From Octopus sinensis (taxonomy: Eukaryota), in the NCBI RefSeq assembly GCF_006345805.1, contig NC_043003.1, positions 60,140,001 through 60,204,000 on the forward strand: a stretch of 64,000 nucleotides of DNA, in the 5' to 3' direction. Position numbers and translations under genes: made by a program. This document shows, one piece after another, positions 54,163 through 64,000 of the stretch. Positions within the stretch are counted from its first letter, which is position 1; each line of letters starts with the position of its first letter. The notes below the pieces were generated by a model. It was not told the origin of the DNA. It searched no databases and saw nothing but the letters and a program-made list of their open reading frames with translations.

Positions 54163-54489
54163 ATAGATATTCTCATTTATATACATATATATGTATGTAA
54201 GCCCATACGCGTGCGCGTGTGTGTGTGCGCGTGCATGTTTGAGAGTGTGTAAAGAAGTACAAGATACGGAGACAGAGAATCGTGCAGCTATCACAGAAAG
54301 CTTCTCTCACAGACTCTGCTAAGAGTGCTTATTGTAATTGATGTGAAGGTAGTGTAATGTAGAATGTTCACATAATTTAAAATCCAGACAGTCCGATCGA
54401 TGAAGTTATTTGAAGACAATATAAAATTATAAAACCTTAAAGCCATGAGCTATCAGAGGATAATATGTAGTCATTTAATCATATGTCTC

Positions 54490-54820
54490 TTGTGAAGGCG
54501 GATGGCTCACTGGTTAGCGCGTCGAGCTTACGATCGTGATGTTGTGAGTTCGATTCCTGGACCGGGCTGCGTGTTGTGCTCTTGAGCGAGATACTTTATG
54601 TCACGTTGCTCCAGTTAATTCAGCTGTAGAAATGAGTTGCGACTTCACTGGTGCCAAGCTGTATCTGCCGTTGCCATTCCCTTGGATAACATCAGTAGTG
54701 CGGAGAGGGGAGGCTGGTATGCATGGGCGACTGCTGGCCTTCCATAAACAACTTTGCTCGGACTTGTGCCTGGGAGGGTAACTTTCTAGGTGCAATCCCA
54801 TTGTCATTCATGGGGGGTTT
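54490..54820 (+). mobile_element. tRNA-derived SINE (family S4, CORE-like body)
   Basis: GTGAAGGCGGATGGCTCACTGGTTAG...GAGTTCGATTCCTGG...TGTGCTCTTGAGCGAGATACTTTA...CTCCAGTTAATTCAGCTG. Confidence 0.75.
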
Positions 54821-54987
54821 CCTTAATCATACGACTTCTAAATATGATTACGGCCGGTTTGTAAGTTTTTTCATGTAATATTAATTTCATCCAAACTAAA
54901 TTTAATACTACACGAAGGAGGTAATCCTATGGAGGTCACATTGTTAAATAAATATATATTCACATCTCACACCTCCTTACTTTATGG

Positions 54988-55019
<32 letters not shown>

Positions 55020-55020
<1 letters not shown>

Positions 55021-55295
55021 GTGAAGGTGCACGGGTTAGTGTTTAAGGTGTTGCATTCACGATTGGGAGATCGTGGGTTCGATTCCCAGACCGAGCGTTG
55101 CGTTGTGTTCTTGAGCAAAGTACGCCATTACACGTTGCTATGCAATCATTTCGACATCTGACATGTGGCACCCGTTGCACCTGTACAGGTAATGTCGATC
55201 TGATGGAGGTAGTGAGCTTATGCCTGCAAAAATATTTGATCACTCTAAACAAATCCTCTGTGTGGTTGTTCGGCAAGAAATTTTATTTTAAACTG
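55020..55295 (+). mobile_element. tRNA-derived SINE (family S5)
   Basis: GGTGAAGGTGCACGGGTTAGTG...GGGTTCGATTCCCAGACCG...TGTGTTCTTGAGCAAAG. Confidence 0.72.
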
Positions 55296-55519
55296 GCCAC
55301 AGTGAGCTATACATAAATGGACAAAACACGTCAGTCAAGTACAAATGGGGTCTACAACAGGGTGAAATTTGGAATAACAATATGAATAGAGTTAAAAAAA
55401 TAGAAATTGTACGTGACAATTATGCTATAACAAGATGAAATGTTGAGCATGGAGACCCCACAAGTCACAACCCAGCACTGCTCACACACGGGAGACTAAT
55501 GTGTTCCGTTCAAGTTGGG

Positions 55520-56130
55520 AGCTAAACATAGAAGGGACAAACAAGGACAGAGAAACGGATTAAGTCGATTATATCGACCCCAGTGCGTAACTGGTACTTA
55601 TTTAATCGATCCCTAAAGGATGAAAGGCAAAGTCGACCTCGACGAAATTTGAACTCAGAAGGTAACGGCAGATGAAATACGGCCACGCATTTCGCCCGGC
55701 GTGCTAACGTTTCTTATTTCTTTATTGCCCACAAGGGGCTAAACATAGAGGGAACAAACAAGGACAGACAAAGGGATTAAGTCGATGCAATCGACCCCAG
55801 TGCATAACTGGTACTTAATTTATCGACTCCGAAAGGATGAAAGGCAAAGTCGACCTCGACGAAATTTGAACTCAGAACGTAACGGCAGATGAAATACGGC
55901 CACGCATTTCGCCCGGCGTGCTAACGTTTCTTATTTCTTTATTGCCCACAAGGGGCTAAACATAGAGAGAACAAACAAGGACAGACAAAGGGATTAAGTC
56001 GATGCAATCGACCCCAGTGCATAACTGGTACTTAATTTATCGACTCCGAAAGGATGAAAGGCAAAGTCGACCTCGACGGAATTTGAACTCATTTCGGCCG
56101 ACGTGCTAACGTTTCTGCTAGTTCACCGCT
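55520..56130 (-). mobile_element. Head-to-tail trimer of SINE S2 (217-bp period)
   Basis: GTCGACCTCGACG at 55632, 55849 and 56066. Junction TGCTAACGTTTC|TTATTTCTTTATTG. Confidence 0.9.
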
Positions 56131-56528
56131 TTAGTTATTGAACACAATATCATCGTAAGTACCGTTATCTTATCCACGTTTATATTTAGTGAAAAATTTA
56201 ACCCATCTCACTCATATTATTTTCACCTTTTTGATGCCAATCGGACGAAAGAAGTCCAGCGTTCGTTTATGTATAATATTCAGTTACACGTATAATCAAG
56301 CATTGTTACAAACAAAATAAAAGTGAAATGAAGCAGATATGTTTATATTTAATAGCCATATAATCTCAGTATTACTCATGCTGAAAACTGTTGTTTTAGT
56401 AGAAGCCTGGCGAGGCATGCAACATGTGAAAATGTAAAATTTAAAACAGACACCTATCATATAAAATGCTATAAAGCAGCTGTGAATAGTACGTGCATTT
56501 AATATGAGAAAATAATGATGAACAATAC

Positions 56529-56937
56529 TCTAGGTACAAGGCCCCAAATTTAGTGGGAGGGAAGTCGATTCGCTGAACCCTAGTACGCAACTGGTATTTA
56601 ATTTAGCGACACTGAAAAAAATTATAAGTAAAGTCGACCTCGGTGGAATTTGAACTCAGAACGTAAAGACAGACGAAATACTGAGCATTTTGCCCGGGGT
56701 GCTAACTTTTCTTATTTTTTTTATTGCCCACAAGAGTCTACACACAGAGGGGACAAACAAAGGGATTAGGTCGATTACATCGACCCCAGTGCGTAACTGG
56801 TACTTAATTTATCGTCCCAGAAAGGATGAAAGGCAAAGTTGACTTCGACGGAATTTGAACTCAGAACATAAAGACAGACGAAATACTGCTAAGCATTTTG
56901 CCCGGAGGTGCTAACGTTTCAGCCAGCTCGCCGCCTT
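56529..56937 (-). mobile_element. Head-to-tail dimer of SINE S2
   Basis: Two S2 bodies, same junction type (GTGCTAACTTTTC|TTATTT), head CCAGCTCGCCGCCTT at the right end. Confidence 0.85.
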
Positions 56938-57620
56938 GAATAAGCAGAAAATATTAACTGATAAAGACATTCAAACGTAAGTTGTAACAATAAGAGTGAA
57001 ACCTGCTATTAAAAAAGATCTCAGTACACAAGGTTGACACCAACTGAAACAGACTTATAACAAAATAGTGTTTTTAGCAAAGAAGCAATTAGAAAATATA
57101 CACTATTAATGATAACAAGTGTGTAAGAAAAAAGCAACTTTTAATGGCTTATACCACACACAAATAGAAAATGAATTTGTAGAGTTATTCGAACATACAA
57201 TGCTTGCAAAGTGTAAATTCAAGTGAGAGAGCAGTCACGTGGTGTATGGGCATAAACTGTAGTCCGGTCATGAACACTTCACTCTGGCCAGGAACACTTT
57301 AAAAGACGTTACTGTATACGATTGCGCATGCTTTACCAAAAGTTCGAAATAAACATGTGTTTTCTAAATAGTATTGAAGATACACGCACACGGTCACACA
57401 AATATACACACACATTTATGTAGTTAGAATGGAATCTAGTATTTTGCGCTATGTAAAAGTACGGGAACATGTGAATTGGAGCGCAGTTGGTTACCTTGTC
57501 ATCCTGTTTAACTTGACGAATCCTCCTGTCAGTCGCACCTTCGCACCTTATACTATCCGAACTATCTGAAGACAACTTCCTTCCTCATGCTGAGGACAGA
57601 GCCAGCCCTATATGCATGCA

Positions 57621-57655
<35 letters not shown>

Positions 57656-59228
57656 ATGCATACACATCCACACACACACATTCATATATCGAAAAAGATA
57701 CGGCAGAAAGGAAGGAAAAGTTAATTGAATAGAAAAACTGGAGTGAAAAAGAAAGGAAGAAATAAATAAAAACAGACAGAAAGTAACAAAATGATGGAAG
57801 AAAGCAATTCCTAGGAATTTCAAAATTTAAGAAACGAGAGAGATGGGTTGGAAATATATATATGTAAGGTGTACAAGAAATAGATTGGCAGATAGATAGA
57901 TAGAAAGCATATGTGAGAGAAATGGAGAGGTAAAGAAATAAGGCTTAAAAATAAATTCATGTGATGAACTCATAGATGTATAACTGTACATGTACGTATT
58001 CATGTCCATATGTAGGTATGCATTTGCGTGTGCGTATGTTATTTCGTTTGTCTTCTTTAAATAATATGAGGGAAAAGATAAAGAGAGAAAATGAACGAAA
58101 GCGAGAGGAATCCTGTTGGTGGTAGCTGTCTGTCACGACATGAGATGCAGAGAAAGGTATTAGTTTTAGCTGAGGAAATGCTGCCGAGGAATAAAAAAAG
58201 GAACTAAATATAATTAAAACAAATGAAGTCGTGATTCATTCGGAGAAAATGGTATTGCTTTCGTTAATTAATTTTTATTTCCACTAGGTACATGGCCAAC
58301 TAGAATATTATGGGGTGGAATGTGGAATGTTCATTTATAATCGAATGAATCGACATCGCTTACGTTATTACTGGAACTTGAATTCGATGTTTTGATCTTG
58401 TTGCTTATCGTTCTTTCTTTATTCCTACGGAGCAGATAAATGACAATATTACAGGCTATTTTCTCAATAAAATCATAAATAGCTAATAAATATTTGTGCA
58501 CAGCTAAAAGCTTCAAGAAATTTTAAATAGTCTTTAAAACTGCAGTTTCAAAGACTTTTGCAGTGAAGTTTGTCTTTTTTTTCTCTTTGGAAACAAAAGA
58601 AAGAACATTATAATAAAGATTGTCCCGACACGTTTCAGAATTCGTTGACCACTTACCAGAAGTCTGGTGACAATTCGTCTGACATTCCCCAAAGTAAATC
58701 TATTACAAAAAGCTATTTTAGCTTGACACAAACCAGAAATTTACTATAATGGAAATTAGTATAATTAGTAAATTATAATTAGTATAATTTCTCAGACAGG
58801 ATTTCTCGGCGTCGAGTTTCAACAATTAATCAAGATTGGAATATGGTGGAAACGGTTCTTCATTTAAACCTACTCCTGTACTTGACTGGTTGTTATTATA
58901 TTATAGAACTATGAAAGCTAGAATTAGGTCTGCCTATGAACTTAGTACTAAAAGACACGAAATATATACCACAAAGCCTTGTGTTTGAAGCTTTAATGCT
59001 TCCTTTCAAAACACGACTCCTATAGTTTAATATATGATTAAAAACTAACAAAAATCATAACATTACGTTGAATCATACGATACTTGTTACATCTCTCCAC
59101 ATGAATGTCGTTTAAGTAGCATTCTTTAATCGATTACACATCAACCTGCGAAAAATTTTAAAACACCAATTGGGTTTTCATTTTATTTAATCATCATCAT
59201 CGTCGTCCTTGTTGTTGCCTTTGCACAG

Positions 59229-61422
59229 TTTCTAACGCTGGAGATGTACTACAGTGTCAGCTGTTCACTACCAGACATCAAATCCCGTGTTCAAGAGGAG
59301 CTTGGAGTCGCAGTAAGCATCAGCTGTGTTGACAGGGTACTGAGACAATACCACTACACGTTGAAAGTATGCCTTTCATTCCCTTATCTTTAAACGTTTT
59401 ATTCTTTGAAAGAGATGGGAACGTATTCATTGAAATAAGAACTTAGACAATAGAAAATGACATGTGCAGAGGTTTGCCACATTTCATGTACGAGGGGCGT
59501 TCAATAAGTAATGCCCCTGACCCACTTCCCATAGCAGTAGAGCAACGAAACTTGGCACAGTTATTAGTCTTCTTCTACCTAGGAAACACCCAGAGTAACG
59601 CATTTCTCTCATCGTGTGATGCAGCTCTGGAGACCGTTTTTGTAGAAGACCCCAGCTTGGTCCTCCAACCACGACGTGACTTCAGAAATCAAGGCTGCAT
59701 CATTTGGAAAACACTTTCCTTTCAAAAACAACTTCATGGCTGGGAAGAGGTGAAAATCTGAGGGTGCAAGGTCAGGAGAGTAGGGAGATGGGGGAGGAGT
59801 TCATAGCCGTACGCCTGTGCTTCTGATCTGGCGACAGCGAGTTGTGGACCGGAGCGTTGTCCTGCAGGAGGAGGATGCCTTTGCTGATCTTGTCCCACCT
59901 CTTGATTTTGATAGCTTCTCTTAATTTCCTCAAAAGTGAAGCATAATAGACTCCTATAATTGTGGTACCCTTTGCCAGGAAATCTGTCATCACTACTCCG
60001 TCCTGGTCCCAGAAGACTGTGAGCATGACCTTGCCAGCGGAGAGCTGCACCCTTGCCTTCTTTGGAGGAGGTGAGTCACGGTGCTTCCACTGCATTTACT
60101 GGGCTTTGGTCTCTGGATCATAGTGATGGACCCAGGTTTCATCCTGTGTAATCAGTCTTTTGAAAAAATTTGACTCATCTTCTTGGCATATCTCCAAATT
60201 CATCCTCGAGCACTCGACGCATTCTTGCTTCTGGAAAGATGTGAGCAGCCTGGGAATCCATCTGGCAGACACCTTTTGCATATGCAAATTGTCATGAATG
60301 ATAGTTTCCACAGACCCGGTAGTAATCTTGACCTCATGGGCTATTTGGCGAATAGTTATGCCTCGATCTTCCAAAATGGCAGCCTCAACTTGACGGTCAG
60401 ATGCCTCATCAATAGAAGAAGGGGGGCGACCAGATCTGGGAGCTATTTCCACAGAGTTCCGACCATGTTTGAATTCACGATGCCAGCGTTTTACAAGGTA
60501 ATATGATGGGGCATCATCACCATAAGTTACTTTCATTTCATCAAAAGTCTCCCGTGGTGTGCGTCCTTTCAAATATAAAAACCGGATCACTACTCGACAC
60601 TCAACAGGCTCCATTTCACACTTGACTCAGTTCAAACACCTGTAAATCCGAAACCACAATTATTTCAGAGCTGTAATTTTCCCCTTAATCTATAGAGATA
60701 TAAGCAATTGCACATGCAAAATTTCAGCTAGATCAAACAATTGCAAGTAGGTCAGAGGCATTACTTATTGAACGTCCCTCGTATATAACCGTAGTTGGTT
60801 TTCATTCACTATGGCCACTTAGAAAATTATAATCCCACTTAGTTTTTGCGCTTACATGCCTGTTTTTCTTTTAAGGCTCTCGTTACAGTTCCTGTGAAGA
60901 GAATCTATGAACAGACCATGAACCTGCGAATGGAATACGCTCAGTTGTTTCACCAACGATCAGAGGATTTACACGACCGAAACTTTATGTTCCTCGACGA
61001 AATGGGGTTTGCAGTGATGACGCGTCCTAGAAAGGGTCGAGCCCAGTCTGGAAAATCCCCATACGTCTCCGTTCCTGCTGCACGCAGTCGAAATATCTCG
61101 GTTGTTGCGGCCATGAATCGATATGGGATGATTTTTTCGTCAAGGTTTTGAAACGACTGTAAACGGAGAAAGGTTGAAAGACTGTTTGATCGTGATTCAC
61201 CGACGGTGCACCCACGACGAAATCAACAATCCTCTCTTCATCCTTGACAACGCCAGGATCCCCCATTATCATGGACTGGCAGACACTATTAAGGAACTTG
61301 GCATTACCATGTTCTACATACCTCTATATTCGCCTTTCCTAAACCCAATTGAGAACATTTTCTCCGTTTTGAAACGCTCGGTTATCCAAGGCGAGGCAAA
61401 GAACGGGCCGGAGCTTTACTAG
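59229..61422 (+). pseudogene. Tc1/IS630-like DD34E transposase, apparently intron-containing: exon 59229-59366, intron 59367-60875, exon from 60876
   Basis: Exon A: FLTLEMYYSVSCSLPDIKSRVQEELGVAVSISCVDRVLRQYHYTLK. Exon B: ALVTVPVKR..FMFLDEMGF..GR..RSRNISVVAA..(+1 shift in the T-run at ~61132-61137)..FILDNARI..IPLYSPFLNPIENIFS. 34 residues between the second D and E. Confidence 0.75.
59491..60781 (-). mobile_element. Full-length mariner (1291 bp), ~32-bp TIRs, TA TSDs, pseudogenised DD34D transposase
   Basis: TA|CGAGGGGCGTTCAATAAGTAATGCCCCTGACC and inverse GGTCAGAGGCATTACTTATTGAACGTCCCTCG|TA. ORF from 60614 with WIPRLL, LITQDETWVHHYDPE and LLQDNAPVH. In-frame TAA at 60096-60098 and 1-nt deletions around the SPDLAPSD region. 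Confidence 0.95.
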
Positions 61423-61924
61423 TTGATGAAATAATTCATGAACACTGCGTTCATGCTCTGTTATCAACCGGTCTGAACAAGGGGAGATAATAAACGAATG
61501 ATTCTTTTTGTATTGTTTGCGTATGTTTGAACATTTCATTCAAGATAATTTATACATTTTTACAAACTGCAACTTTTTTTGCGAGAAATATCAGTTAGGA
61601 AAATTGAAAAACAGTTATCTCAGGATAGCTAATAAACCTGGTCTGATTTAAATCAACAATTGTTGATCATAACTTTTAATCATAAGGGTAATTTCACCCC
61701 TCCCCAAAATTGCATGAAATTGCTTTAAAGCGCGGGCTTATGCTACATCCTCCCTCCCCCCGTGGTATGTCTTTTAACTGGACTGTCTATTGTACATGGC
61801 ATGAACGAGTCTTAGATGACACGTGAACGCATTCAGGCAGGTCGTTATATCAGGATTAGTATGAGCTCATTTTTTCCTTTATGCCTACGTATGGTGAATT
61901 GCTATGAGTAATGTTTGTTCCTTC

Positions 61925-62160
61925 TCTAGCCATACCTGGCTCATAAGGGCCGGTTTTCTTGGCGTATAGGTTCCCCACCTGAACGGGACGCCGGTCCGTC
62001 GCAGGTGAGCTGCAAGATGCAGGAGGAAAGAGTGAGAGAAAGGTGTGGCGAAAGAGTCAGCAGAAATTCGCCATTACCTTCTGTCGGAGCCACGTGGAGC
62101 TTAGGCGTTCCGCTCATAAACATACACATCGCCCAGTCTGAGATTCGAACCCGCGATCTC
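61925..62160 (-). mobile_element. SINE S3b, 5'-truncated
   Basis: Matches the body of 1336-1628. Confidence 0.85.
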
Positions 62161-62429
62161 TCTTAAAAGAACCAGTCTATTCGCTTTCAGGAGCTGTAAA
62201 TTGAACAATATTTTAACAAAAAAAGTGACTTTATAAAACGGCTATAAAGAGAAAATAGGTTACTATTCGAGTTTATCCAACTCAAGTTTGTTGTCCCAAG
62301 CTGGGGGTTAGATCGAAGTTCGAGTAACAGTGGGCTCTACTGGACGAGTTAGATAAGATAGACATGTATTCCCTTACGGCTGATGTAGTTTAACTCTCTT
62401 CTTTTTTCAAGGCTTGAGCACCAATTGAA

Positions 62430-63628
62430 AAATTCAAATTTGATTGCAAAGAATTCAAATTTGATGGCAAAGAATCTAAACTAGATCGAAAACGTGTGTA
62501 CATACAAATTGGATTCCCGCCGTGTTCTAAAAATTTTGGAATTTATTGCCTTTTTAAATTTTGGAATCTATTTTTTCTTCTTTCGAGAATCCTGCTTTTG
62601 AATGATTTTGGAATCTTTCATATTTTTCTAGTCAATTTTAGTTAATTTTTGCTTATTTTCAGATCATTAAAATGGAATGTCAAGTTAAGAAAAACGAGGA
62701 TTTTCGACACCGCCTTGTTATTGCTTTTAATCAAGGTTCTAATGCCGCAGAAGCTGCTCGCCACATTTGTGCTGTATATGGAGAGGGTGCCATAGCTGAA
62801 AGAACCGTTCGTCATGGGTATGCCAAGTTCAAAAATGGAAATTTTGACCCCAAAGAAGCACCTCGTTCTGACCGTCCAGTTGAGTTCGAAGAAAAGCGAT
62901 TGAACTTACTTTTACACGAAAATTCTCGTCAAGCGACAGGGGATTGTGCAGAGAAAATGAAATTCAACCATCTTCACTCGGTGGGAAAGTTTCAGAAGTA
63001 TTGAGCATGCTTTAAGTGACAAGAACAAAAATCAACGAGCCACAATCTCCGCTGGTTTGCTTGCTCGTCACCGCTCAACACATGGACACAAGCAACGATT
63101 TCTTTACGGAATCGTTACTGGCGATGAAAAATGGTGTCTGTACATCAATACGAAGAAGCGTAAGGAATGGCTTAGCCCCGGAAAACAAGAGACACCACGC
63201 GTGAATCAAGACCTTAATCCACGTAAAACGATGTTGCACGTATGGTGGGACTGGAAAGGGATTGTCAATTGCGAATTAGTTGAACGGAACCAAATGGTCA
63301 ACGCAGAACTCTATGTTCAACAGATGGAACGACTCAACACGGCTATTCAAGAGAAAATCGTCAGTATGGAGTTCTGCTGCAATACGACCGAGGAAGCCAT
63401 TCAAACGCGTGGCTGGGAAGTGCTGCCACACACGCCGTGCTCTCCTGATTTGGCACGAAAGGATTTCCACCTCTCTCGAACACTTTCAAGTGCTATGCGC
63501 GGAGTATCGTTCAATACTGATGCAGAATTGAGAGCTTGGTTGGATCAATTTTTCGAGTCGAAATCGGGTGATTGCTACCATCGAGGTATTGAAAATCTTG
63601 TTAAACGTTGGGAAGAAGGTGTAAACAA
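62430..63628 (+). mobile_element. Degenerate mariner transposon (different family from 59491-60781)
   Basis: ORFs 62672-63004 (FNQGSNAAEAARHICAVYGEG..FKNGNFD..PRSDRP) and 63057 onward (IVTGDEKWCLYIN..KTMLHVWWDWKGIV..PCSPDLARKDFHL). The segment carrying the second catalytic D is deleted. Right end truncated, left boundary uncertain. Confidence 0.88.
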
Positions 63629-63629
63629 G

Positions 63630-63709
63630 GGTCAAGTCAGGTCAGGTCAGGTCAGGTCAGGTCAAGTCAAGTGTGACGCCATAGGGCTGACTGTGGGCCG
63701 GGTAGTGCC

Positions 63710-63712
<3 letters not shown>
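63630..63712 (-). mobile_element. Very short retroelement 3' end with (TGACC)n tail
   Basis: (GGTCA)n run joined to GTGTGACGCCATAGGGCTGACTGTGGGCCGGG, interrupting the mariner end. Confidence 0.4.
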
Positions 63713-63747
<35 letters not shown>

Positions 63748-64000
63748 CACTCCTGATTACCAACTATATATAAACGTTTCATCCAAGTAAAAAACTTACG
63801 TTATTTGATTCCGTGTCTGAGACATATGAGTATATAGGTGAGTGAATATACATATTTATGGATATGCAAGTCAAACATAAGCAATAAAGAGTAGGTGTCG
63901 AAGAACCTGATTTCTATTAAAACACCAGGGGGAACTTCACCACGGTGACTATTATTATTACTGCTGCTAGTTATTCGATGTCTACGGCCACTCCTATGAA

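Noticed and set aside
58796-58860. Candidate upstream exon of the intron-containing transposase (ISRRRVSTINQDWNMVET, HTH-like)
   Set aside because: The similarity is weak, and no convincing donor site giving the required phase could be placed.

Overview
AT-rich, microsatellite-saturated animal genomic DNA. The tRNA-derived SINE families and repeat landscape point to a cephalopod, probably Octopus (inferred from repeat content, not verified). No host protein-coding gene is supported. Almost all ORFs in the supplied track are translations of (TA)n, (CA)n, (TATC)n and trinucleotide microsatellites. The real coding remnants all belong to transposons: RTE, CR1 and R4/Dong-like non-LTR retroelements, Penelope-like (GIY-YIG) elements and Tc1/mariner transposases. 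Non-autonomous Helitrons and many SINEs are also present. The main signal no ORF track shows is a set of type I hammerhead ribozyme (HHR) motifs. Four lie in a ~475-bp tandem repeat that folds back into a ~1.95-kb palindrome (24511-26464, retrozyme-like). Two lie between the arms of ~430-440-bp fold-back elements (7859-8298, 20694-21127). Three more degenerate ones sit in (TA)n-associated repeats. A second notable feature is a DD34E Tc1/IS630-like transposase apparently split by spliceosomal introns, one of which hosts a full-length mariner.
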